Shown: piece by piece, positions 17,767-24,713 of the stretch
Numbering within the stretch: the stretch's first letter is position 1
Layout: the number at the start of each line of letters is the position of its first letter
DNA from: Nanobdellota archaeon
GTDB taxonomy: Archaea > Nanobdellota > Nanobdellia > Woesearchaeales > SKGA01
DNA length: 38,749 nt
Assembly (NCBI GenBank): GCA_020430425.1
Contig: JAGQJW010000001.1
Coordinates: 1 to 38,749, forward strand
Direction: 5' to 3'
Program-made: the position numbers and the translations under genes
The notes under the pieces: generated by a model
Told to the model about the DNA's origin: nothing
Seen by the model: the letters and a program-made list of their open reading frames with translations, nothing else
Databases searched by the model: none

Positions 17767-18363
17767 ATGATTGAATTAACTGGCATTGTTGCAATGGGTA
17801 AGAATAATGAGATTGGTGTTGGGTTATTGATGCCTTGGTGGCTAGAAGAGTATGCGTCTCAACAGCGATATAAGGATCTGAGAACTGATGATCTTGGTCG
17901 CTTTAAAGAAATTACGATGGGTCATCACGTTCTGATGGGCCGATTAACCTATGAGTCTTTTCCGAAGTTTGCTAGACCACTTCCAGGAAGAATCAATCAT
18001 GTGCTTTCTACTGATATGTCTCAATCGAAGAAACTGTCTTTAGACTTTGAAGATGAACAGAAGGCAAAAATACTTAGAATCCATAGTTCTTTTGAATCCT
18101 TAGAGGGGGCTATAATCGGACTGGATCATGCCTATGTGATTGGAGGCGGACAAGTATATGCTCATTTCATCTCGGACAAGAAAGAAGGTCTAAAAATGAA
18201 CAGAATTCTCGTTACGCGTATCAATGATGACTTTCCTATGGCTGATGTCTTCTTTCCGCCACTTGAGGCTAATGGATTTGAAAAAGATGATTCTCTTACT
18301 CTTCATCCTGCTAATCCTGAAAATAAGGGATTCTACTCTTTTGATACCTATGTCCGCAGATAG
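17767..18363 (+). CDS. folA: Dihydrofolate reductase
   Basis: IVAMGKNNEIG..MPW...DDLGRFKEITMGHHVLMGRLTYESF...RPLPGRINHVLS...YVIGGGQVY...LVTRI...D.FFP aligns by eye with the E. coli FolA motif order. Confidence 0.8.
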   Translation: MIELTGIVAMGKNNEIGVGLLMPWWLEEYASQQRYKDLRTDDLGRFKEITMGHHVLMGRLTYESFPKFARPLPGRINHVLSTDMSQSKKLSLDFEDEQKAKILRIHSSFESLEGAIIGLDHAYVIGGGQVYAHFISDKKEGLKMNRILVTRINDDFPMADVFFPPLEANGFEKDDSLTLHPANPENKGFYSFDTYVRR

Positions 18364-18369
18364 GTTAGC

Positions 18370-18377
18370 TTTATAAA
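18370..18377 (+). promoter_or_regulatory. TATA box upstream of rpl34e
   Basis: TTTATAAA, ending 36 nt before the rpl34e ATG. Confidence 0.35.
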
Positions 18378-18413
18378 TGAAGTCGTGTTCCCGTCTCCTA
18401 TAGAGGTTTTAAT

Positions 18414-18698
18414 ATGCCTAGAGGAATGTATAGATCAAGGACATTACGTCGTGTATTCAACCGAGTGCCTGGAGGAGAAAGCAAGCTAGTTTACAAGCAG
18501 CGAAAACCAGGGGTAGCTCGTTGTGCACAGACCGGTGAGCCGCTTCACGGAATTCCCCGAGGTACTCCAAAACAACTGGCTAAGCTGTCTAAGACTCAGA
18601 AGAGACCGCAAAGACCTTTTGGGGGAGTCCTTTCAAGTCGGGCAATGCGTGACGTTCTCAAGCTAGAAGTGCGAGAACAACAACCATCTCAAGAGTAA
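18414..18698 (+). CDS. rpl34e: 50S ribosomal protein L34e (eL34)
   Basis: YRSRTLRRVFNRVPGGESKLVYKQRKPGVARCAQTGEPLHGIPR. Confidence 0.85.
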   Translation: MPRGMYRSRTLRRVFNRVPGGESKLVYKQRKPGVARCAQTGEPLHGIPRGTPKQLAKLSKTQKRPQRPFGGVLSSRAMRDVLKLEVREQQPSQE

Positions 18699-18738
18699 GG
18701 GCGACCTACTCTAAGATTCTACTGAGAAGGAGGATAAA

Positions 18739-19056
18739 ATGATGTATGATATTGGTCGAGTCTGCGTAAAAATCGCAGGTCGAGACGCTGGAAAAAAATG
18801 TGTTGTCGTCGAGAATATTGACGGAAAATATGTTCTTGTTGATGGTCAGACCAGACGACGAAAAGTGAATGTTGCACACTTAGAGCCTACAAAGCAAGTG
18901 GTTGACATCAAGAAGTCTGCAGATCATGCAGCAGTGACAAAAGCATTTGAGGGACTAGGAATTACGCTTGTCGCTTCAACGGCTAAAAAGACTGCTTCAA
19001 GACCTAAAAAAGCACACAAACAAGGGGAAAAAGCACCAGTTACTGCTAAAAAGTAG
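18739..19056 (+). CDS. rpl14e: 50S ribosomal protein L14e (eL14)
   Basis: KOW-like GRVCVKIAGRDAGKKCVVVENIDGKYVLVDG..RRRKVNVAHLEPT. SD GGAGG upstream. Confidence 0.85.
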   Translation: MMYDIGRVCVKIAGRDAGKKCVVVENIDGKYVLVDGQTRRRKVNVAHLEPTKQVVDIKKSADHAAVTKAFEGLGITLVASTAKKTASRPKKAHKQGEKAPVTAKK

Positions 19057-19618
19057 GTTTCTGGGGAATACTACACAAGTATTCTTTCCCATTTATTTTT
19101 ATACTATCTATTCTTTGTTCTTTACGGAGTGTTTCTAAGTACCTATAGAACGTAGCTTTTGAACAGTATTCGTACTCATCAACAAAGAGTATCTTTAGCT
19201 CCTTTGCACTCAATTCTTGCTTTCGAAGCTCTTCTTCTATCTTCTTAAGAATTATTTCCCGTCGGTGGGTGCTCACTTCTTTTACGGCCTCTTTTTCAAG
19301 GAGCTTGATTGCCTTTGCACGCTTTAGTTGTGGTTTCTCAAGAAGTATGTAGTCTGGTTCGTCTATAGGAAATGATTCTTCTTCGTGAAATATAGTCTCA
19401 GTTTCCTCTAATTCTCTTGTTTTCTCAACAATGGGATCTTCTGGTTGTTTTTGAGACTCCGTTTTTTTTAGCTCTTGTAAGGTCGTTTCTTGCTGTTTTC
19501 GCAAGAGTTCTAGCTGTTTTTCAAGTCTTTCTACTTGTTTTTCGAGAAATTGAAGGTGTTTTTGAGTGTCTGTCTCAATGGATCTCTTCTTTACAGGTGC
19601 TCCAAACAAGTCTTTCAT
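19046..19618 (-). CDS. Hypothetical coiled-coil protein with a C-terminal helix-turn-helix
   Basis: N-terminal heptad-rich LQFLEKQVERLEKQLELLRKQQETTLQELKK, acidic linker, and C-terminal CSKATFYRYLETLRKEQRIDSIKINGKEYL (an S..T.YRYL-type recognition helix as in resolvase/HTH_7-like domains). Transcribed divergently from the repeat array. Confidence 0.55.
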   Translation of the reverse strand: MKDLFGAPVKKRSIETDTQKHLQFLEKQVERLEKQLELLRKQQETTLQELKKTESQKQPEDPIVEKTRELEETETIFHEEESFPIDEPDYILLEKPQLKRAKAIKLLEKEAVKEVSTHRREIILKKIEEELRKQELSAKELKILFVDEYEYCSKATFYRYLETLRKEQRIDSIKINGKEYLCSIPQKPTF

Positions 19619-19658
19619 GCTGATTATTGGGTTTTTTTCGTTATTTATTAATATTTTT

Positions 19659-19820
19659 GTCTCAGAGACTGTCTCAATACTGTCTTGAGACTATTTCGTG
19701 AGATTATGTTGTCTATTTGAGACTAAAATGTTAAGTTCCATAGGAAATAAGGGGGTCTATTGAGATTTTAATAATTGTGTTGAGACGGTCTCATTATGTT
19801 GGTGAGACTATGTTGAGACT
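19659..19820. repeat. Array of GAGAC/GTCTC-core repeats (consensus TTGAGACT), both orientations, including palindromes
   Basis: Exact pentamers at 19659, 19665, 19671, 19687, 19719, 19782, 19788, 19804 and 19815. TTGAGACT at 19685, 19717 and 19813. Palindromes GTCTCAGAGAC (19659-19669) and TGAGACGGTCTCA (19781-19793). Variants GAGAT at 19700 and 19762. Confidence 0.85.
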
Positions 19821-19976
19821 AAACTACTTTCTCGTTCTCTAAATGGGTGTCCGGAAGGTTCACTGGACAAACGCTCATAACCTATTTAAAGAGGCTTTGC
19901 ACACTAAAGAGCATGGTTTTGGACCCCCTCTTGCCTTTTAGGTGGGAGTGAAATAAGATGGGAAACCAAGGAGGAA

Positions 19977-20261
19977 ATGACCATGGAACAAATAAATCTA
20001 GAAAGAAATGCGCCTGAAAAGAAGTTTCGGGCAAGTCCAGTAACAGCTACGATCTGGGCGAATGAGGCGAAGAATAAAGATGGCGAAACAGGTATGTTTC
20101 GTACTATTTCTCTGGAGAGATCCTATCGAGATAAGGATGGAATCTGGAAAAGCACTTCATCTCTAAGAGTAAATGACTTGCCAAAGGCAATGCTGGTACT
20201 TCAGAAGGCTTATGAGTATATTACCTTCAAAGAGGAGTCTGACCAGATAGAGGAGATATGA
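19977..20261 (+). CDS. Small beta-rich protein, possibly a PC4/YdbC-like ssDNA-binding protein (functional call tentative)
   Basis: SD GGAGG 4 nt upstream. Pattern VTATIWANEAK...MFRTISLERSYRDKDGIWKSTSSLRVNDLPKAMLVLQKAYEYI gives three or four strands then one helix, like ...IDIREYW..EGE.K..RKGISL..EQW..L in PC4. Its stop is 1 nt before the radA ATG. Confidence 0.4.
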   Translation: MTMEQINLERNAPEKKFRASPVTATIWANEAKNKDGETGMFRTISLERSYRDKDGIWKSTSSLRVNDLPKAMLVLQKAYEYITFKEESDQIEEI

Positions 20262-20262
20262 G

Positions 20263-21204
20263 ATGACGATGGCAAAAGAACTATCAATTGAAGATTTACC
20301 GGGTGTGGGAGCTGCTACTGCTGAAAAACTTGTTTCAGGCGGGTATGATAATCTCATGTCTATTGCTGTGTCCACTCCAGGTGAGCTAGTGGATGCATCC
20401 GGAGTGACAGAGACGGCTGCAAGAAAGATGATTCAAGCGGCACGTGCAAATATGGATATGGGCTTTCAAACGGGCGAGGATCTGCTTGCTAAGCGTGATA
20501 GGGTCATCAAGATTCCGACAGGAAGCAGTAGTTTTGATACGATGCTTCATGGTGGCTTCGAGACGGGTGCAATTACTGAGTGTTATGGTCAGTATGGAAG
20601 CTCTAAGACCCAGATTGCACACATTCTCTGCGTGAGCTGTCAGGTGCATGAGCCTGATGCTGTTGCGGTCTTTATCGATACGGAGAATACATTTCGTCCA
20701 GAGAGAATCATTCAGATTGCTCAAGGGATGGGTCTGGATCCTGATGTAGTACTAAAGAATATTCGTGTTGCACGTGCTTTCAACTCAGATCATCAGATGC
20801 TTCTTGCAGAGAAAGTGGACGATTTGGTCAAGGAGGGAAGCAAGGTCCGGGTGATTGTTGTCGATTCGCTCACGGCTCATTTTAGGGCTGAATTTGTGGG
20901 TCGAGGAACTCTTGCTGAGCGTCAGCAGAAACTCAACAAGCATATGCACGTTCTAGCAAAGATGGCTGATCTACACAATGCCTGCGTCTATGTGACCAAT
21001 CAGGTTATGGCGAAACCTGACGCATTCTTTGGAGATCCTACTGAAGCAATCGGTGGAAATATCGTTGCGCATAATAGCACGTTTAGGATATATCTTCGAA
21101 AGGGAAAGAAGGGGACTCGAGTTGCAAAACTTGTAGACAGTCCAAACCTTCCAGACACGGAGTGTATCTATCAGGTGACTGATTCTGGTATTATTGACGT
21201 ATAA
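20263..21204 (+). CDS. radA: DNA repair and recombination protein RadA
   Basis: N-terminal HhH IEDLPGVGAATAEKLVSGGYDNLMSIA, Walker A-like GQYGSSKTQ, Walker B VIVVDSLTAHFRAEF, L2 region NQVMAKPDAFFGDP. Confidence 0.95.
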   Translation: MTMAKELSIEDLPGVGAATAEKLVSGGYDNLMSIAVSTPGELVDASGVTETAARKMIQAARANMDMGFQTGEDLLAKRDRVIKIPTGSSSFDTMLHGGFETGAITECYGQYGSSKTQIAHILCVSCQVHEPDAVAVFIDTENTFRPERIIQIAQGMGLDPDVVLKNIRVARAFNSDHQMLLAEKVDDLVKEGSKVRVIVVDSLTAHFRAEFVGRGTLAERQQKLNKHMHVLAKMADLHNACVYVTNQVMAKPDAFFGDPTEAIGGNIVAHNSTFRIYLRKGKKGTRVAKLVDSPNLPDTECIYQVTDSGIIDV

Positions 21205-21205
21205 G

Positions 21206-21227
21206 TTTTTATACTCCTTTTTCTTTT
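21206..21227 (+). terminator. Oligo-T tracts after radA
   Basis: TTTTT..TTTTTCTTTT directly after the radA stop. Archaeal termination typically occurs at oligo-T. Confidence 0.35.
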
Positions 21228-21291
21228 CCCTGAATAGAAATATGAGGGGCACTGGCAGAGAGCATTCTTTGCTGGGTGTTTTTTTTAGAAA

Positions 21292-22329
21292 ATGATTTCT
21301 TTGCAACAAGATTTCAAACAAGGACGCGTTTCCTTGAAGGTGAATTCCCTTGATGATCTCTGGTACCTCAGTCACATCATTTCTCCCAACGATTTAGTCA
21401 GAATGAAGACTGAACGAAAAATGAAGATTGGTGATGGTGAGAATGCAAAAATTACTCGAAAGACCGTAACTTTGACTCTTCAAGTTGAATTGGTGACTTT
21501 GCAGGAAGGTCAGTTACGGGTGAAAGGGCTTATCAGAGAAGGACCTGAAGATGTTCCCTTAGCGTCATACCATTCTTTTGGTGTTGGTCTTGATGATACA
21601 CTCACCATTACAAAGCAGACCTGGCCCAATTACTTGAAAGAGAAACTCAAGGATGCACTTAACAACGCTGCAGAATCAGTTATCTTTGTAGTCTTTGATA
21701 GAGAACAGGCTTTCTTTTCCTTGCTTCGACAATCAGGTCTAGAACAGCTCTCAGCTCTCACTCACCAAGGTCAAGGCAAGAATTATCAGTCTCAAGAATC
21801 AGCGGTGTTTTCTGAACTCATTGCTGCACTTGATCAATTTGATTCTCAGTTTAAACCAGTAGGGGTTGTGCTTGCAAGTTCTTCATTCTGGAAACAGAAC
21901 ATAGAATCCATCCTGCCTGAGAAACTCAAATCAAAATCTGTTTTTTTAGAGACTTCTGAGATTGCCAAATCAACCGTTTATCACTTGCTTTCAAGACAGG
22001 AAGTGCATGCACTTCTTGCAAACCAGAGATTGCAAAATGAGGAAAGTTTTGTTCAGGAAGTGCTCGCACATCTTGACAAGGAAGAAGTTGCTTATGGTCT
22101 GGATGATGTGCGATTGGCAGCAGAATCAGGGGCAATCAGATCATTAGGAGTAACAGAGCAATTTTTGCAAAAAACAAGAGAGGAAAATACATATGAGGCT
22201 GTTGATGAGATTCTCAAGAAAGTGGATGGTATGCAAGGAAAGATACAATTTCTAAGCGCGCAAGATACTGCCAAACGGATTGATGGTTTGGGTGGTATTG
22301 TTGGTATATTACGATGGAAGATGAATTGA
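21292..22329 (+). CDS. pelA: Pelota (aDom34) mRNA surveillance / ribosome rescue factor
   Basis: N-terminus GRVSLKVNSLDDLWYLSHIISPNDLVRMKTERK (pelota Sm-like domain), and an eRF1-like C-terminal domain ending GLGGIVGILRW. Confidence 0.9.
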   Translation: MISLQQDFKQGRVSLKVNSLDDLWYLSHIISPNDLVRMKTERKMKIGDGENAKITRKTVTLTLQVELVTLQEGQLRVKGLIREGPEDVPLASYHSFGVGLDDTLTITKQTWPNYLKEKLKDALNNAAESVIFVVFDREQAFFSLLRQSGLEQLSALTHQGQGKNYQSQESAVFSELIAALDQFDSQFKPVGVVLASSSFWKQNIESILPEKLKSKSVFLETSEIAKSTVYHLLSRQEVHALLANQRLQNEESFVQEVLAHLDKEEVAYGLDDVRLAAESGAIRSLGVTEQFLQKTREENTYEAVDEILKKVDGMQGKIQFLSAQDTAKRIDGLGGIVGILRWKMN

Positions 22330-23159
22330 TATTTCTTGATGAGCTGGTCTCACTGATAAAGCAGAAGAAAGAGCTTTCTCCTTTGGATGATGACTTTGTC
22401 AAGGAGGTCGTCCGCTCTTCGTCTTTTACGGTCGAGAAGAACTATGATTCTTTTGACCAGTTCAAAAGAAGTAAGCTCTGTAAAGAAATAGTATCTTCAG
22501 TAAGAAAACGACTCCGTGATATATATGGGCTTTTTCTGGAGAAACCTTTGTCTACTAAACATATAGACCGTCTCGAATCCATTGAAGCTACGTCTTTATT
22601 GTCGCTTCATAAGTCCACTTTAGAACGTGCACCCTACTACCCTTCCCTTTACCCTCTCTTGTTGGAGAAACTCCATGAGATGGGCTTAAAAAAGGATTAT
22701 GTGCTTGCTGACATTGCCTGCGGATATAATCCTCTTGCCGTTCAGTTTCTTCCCGTTCGTCCAAAAGAGTACTTTGCCTGTGATCTTTCTTCAAAAGATA
22801 TGGCTGCCATTGATTATTTCTTCAAGAAATTCGGTGTGAAAGGGGGCGCAGAGGCTTATGATGTGTTGGGCACTAGGTTTGAAGAGTTTTTTTCAGGAAA
22901 GAAATTCGATGTATGTTTCTTATTCAAGGCTTTGGACCCTTTTGAGCAAGTCAAGCGTCACGCATCAAAACGTCTTCTTTCATCTCTTCCAACCGAGTTT
23001 TTCGTAGTGTCTTTCTCCTTATTTTCCATTGGTGGAAAGACTCCGATTCCTGCAAGCAAACGATCTTGGTTTGAGAAATTCTGTCAGAAACAGTCTTGGG
23101 AATTCCAGACCTTGCAGATTCCTAATGAGCTCTTTTACCTTATAAAGACAGGAAAATAA
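22314..23159 (+). CDS. FmrO/Arm/Rmt-family 16S rRNA (guanine1405-N7)-methyltransferase homologue
   Basis: Colinear with my recollection of RmtB/ArmA: LSLHKSTLERAPYYPSLY (H.ST.ER..Y), LADIACGYNPLAV (D.ACG.NPLA), CFLFKALDPFEQ (FKLLP.LE), FVVSFSLFSIGGK (VSFP..SLGG), NELFYLIK (ELIYLIK). 16-nt overlap with pelota. Confidence 0.7.
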   Translation: MEDELIFLDELVSLIKQKKELSPLDDDFVKEVVRSSSFTVEKNYDSFDQFKRSKLCKEIVSSVRKRLRDIYGLFLEKPLSTKHIDRLESIEATSLLSLHKSTLERAPYYPSLYPLLLEKLHEMGLKKDYVLADIACGYNPLAVQFLPVRPKEYFACDLSSKDMAAIDYFFKKFGVKGGAEAYDVLGTRFEEFFSGKKFDVCFLFKALDPFEQVKRHASKRLLSSLPTEFFVVSFSLFSIGGKTPIPASKRSWFEKFCQKQSWEFQTLQIPNELFYLIKTGK

Positions 23160-23281
23160 TTCGTTGAAACAAGTAGTAACTTTTTGTAACTATTCTAGTG
23201 AAGTTAAGAACAGTAACATATAAATAGTAGTTATTTTACATCCATTACTTGAAAGGGGTGAGTTCCTTTTGGAGGTAAAGT

Positions 23282-24091
23282 ATGATTGTTAAAGAGGAAT
23301 TTTTAAGCAAGTTACGAAGATATTTCTCTCTTAATTTGTATGAAGCAAAAGTATGGACTGCTCTACTTTCCCGGGGGGTAAGTACTGCTGGAGAACTTTC
23401 GGATATCGCAAATGTTCCCCGTAGTAGAAGCTATGATGTTCTAGAATCTCTCGAGAAAAAAGGTTTTGTCGTGATGAAGATCGGAAAACCGATCAAGTAT
23501 ATTGCAGTTCCGCCAAAGGAAGTTCTTGAACGGGTGAAGAAAAATTTAGTCACTCATACTGAGGATCATATCAAGAAGCTTGATGAGCTCAAAGGTACTG
23601 ATCTTATTGATGAATTGAATTCGCTGCACACGCAAGGTGTAGAATTAGTTGAACCAACCGATCTTTCTGGCTCTCTTCGAGGAAGACTCAATCTGTATAA
23701 TCACATCGAGTTTACTATTAGGAGTGCAGAGACTTCCGTGACGATGATGACTACCACTCAGGGTCTCGTTCGAAAAGTTGAAGGCCTCAAGCCGCTTTTA
23801 GAAGAGTTGAACAAACGGGGAGTAAACATTAGGATCGCTGCTCCTCTCAAGACTCCTGAAGCGCAGAAGGCAGCAAAGGATCTGGAAGGTATTGCAGAAG
23901 TGAGAAACATCGATCATATCAGTGCACGATTCATCGTAGTTGATGGTGCTGAAGTGATCTTCATGGTGATGAACGATGATGATGTACATCCGACCTATGA
24001 TATAGGAATCTGGGTGAACACGCCATTCTTCGCTTCCGCTTTGGATCAGCTCTTTGGTCTTGCGTGGGACACACTAAAGGTTGCCAAATGA
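23282..24091 (+). CDS. TrmB-family transcriptional regulator
   Basis: N-terminal wHTH LYEAKVWTALLSRGVSTAGELSDIANVPRSRSYDVLESLEKKGFV, a coiled linker and a C-terminal effector-type domain. Confidence 0.8.
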   Translation: MIVKEEFLSKLRRYFSLNLYEAKVWTALLSRGVSTAGELSDIANVPRSRSYDVLESLEKKGFVVMKIGKPIKYIAVPPKEVLERVKKNLVTHTEDHIKKLDELKGTDLIDELNSLHTQGVELVEPTDLSGSLRGRLNLYNHIEFTIRSAETSVTMMTTTQGLVRKVEGLKPLLEELNKRGVNIRIAAPLKTPEAQKAAKDLEGIAEVRNIDHISARFIVVDGAEVIFMVMNDDDVHPTYDIGIWVNTPFFASALDQLFGLAWDTLKVAK

Positions 24092-24098
24092 TGACAAC

Positions 24099-24106
24099 TT
24101 TTTTTT
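24099..24106 (+). terminator. T8 tract after the TrmB-family gene
   Basis: TTTTTTTT starting 8 nt after the stop. Confidence 0.35.
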
Positions 24107-24140
24107 CTTTTCATAAGAAGTTTTTGATTTCGTTGGCGGA

Positions 24141-24171
24141 GGCAAAACGCCTTTTTGCCGCGTCTTTTTTT
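24141..24171 (+). terminator. Hairpin plus T7 tract
   Basis: GGCAAAA-CGCCT-TTTTGCC (24141-24159) followed by T7 (24165-24171). Confidence 0.3.
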
Positions 24172-24206
24172 CTAGCTCAAACCAATTCTATTGAGGTTTT
24201 TATAGT

Positions 24207-24548
24207 ATGAATAATCAAGCAAAACCACCTATTAATGAAGGAGAAGAACATACTGGCATTGTTGAGTCAGTAGGTGAGAAAGGGGATGGTATTCTTCGGA
24301 TCAAAGGATTTGTCGTATTTGTTCCTGGAGTGCTGAAAGGGGATTATGTAAAGGTCAAGATCCAGAAGGTTCTTCCAAAAGTATCCTTTGGAACTCTTGT
24401 TGAGAAATTAGAGAAGCCAGCTAAACCTGTACTGCCTGTCTCTTTGAAGAAAGAGAAGCCAAAAGAGGATGTCTCTCATCTGCTTACCACTGAAGGTGAT
24501 TCAGAAGATTTCGGTGGCGATGACGAAGAGGATGACGAAGACTTCTGA
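24207..24548 (+). CDS. TRAM-domain protein with an acidic C-terminal tail
   Basis: GEEHTGIVESVGEKGDGILRIKGFVVFVPGVLKGDYVKVKIQKV is the stand-alone archaeal TRAM pattern. The tail ends SEDFGGDDEEDDEDF. Confidence 0.75.
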   Translation: MNNQAKPPINEGEEHTGIVESVGEKGDGILRIKGFVVFVPGVLKGDYVKVKIQKVLPKVSFGTLVEKLEKPAKPVLPVSLKKEKPKEDVSHLLTTEGDSEDFGGDDEEDDEDF

Positions 24549-24555
24549 TCAGGCT

Positions 24556-24569
24556 AACATTTATAAATA
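24556..24569 (+). promoter_or_regulatory. TATA box / promoter of rps2
   Basis: AACATTTATAAATA. The same 11-mer occurs at the rpl3 promoter. Confidence 0.4.
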
Positions 24570-24713
24570 AAACCTGCTTCCTGACCTCTAGAACCTACTC
24601 TAAGGCCGTAAAGCGTATGCTTGCATTGTGGCTTTGGAACCGTTACGGCGGTACACTGGGTAAGAATAAGTGTGACAAAGATTTCGTATTCTTTTGATCA
24701 CTGGAGCAAAAAA

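Noticed and set aside
18704-18715. Exact 12-mer ACCTACTCTAAG shared by the rpl14e leader (18704-18715) and the rps2 leader (24593-24604)
   Set aside because: Several chance 12-mer matches are expected in a 38-kb window. Both copies fall in leaders of ribosomal-protein genes, which is mildly suggestive, but two copies cannot support a motif. A genome-wide count would be needed.
19843-19941. 32-aa ORF (MGVRKVHWTNAHNLFKEALHTKEHGFGPPLAF) in the intergenic region upstream of the PC4-like gene
   Set aside because: It has no SD, it spans the likely promoter (TATTTAAA at 19883-19890) of the downstream operon, and it has no recognisable motif.
19619-19976. Chromosomal replication origin (oriC) interpretation of the repeat-rich intergenic region
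   Set aside because: There is no adjacent orc1/cdc6 and no ORB or mini-ORB-like dyad. Only a short G-string (GGGGG, 19751-19755) is present. An origin here would send a fork head-on into the highly expressed ribosomal-protein operon. It cannot be excluded without skew or marker-frequency data, so it is listed as the less likely alternative in the finding.
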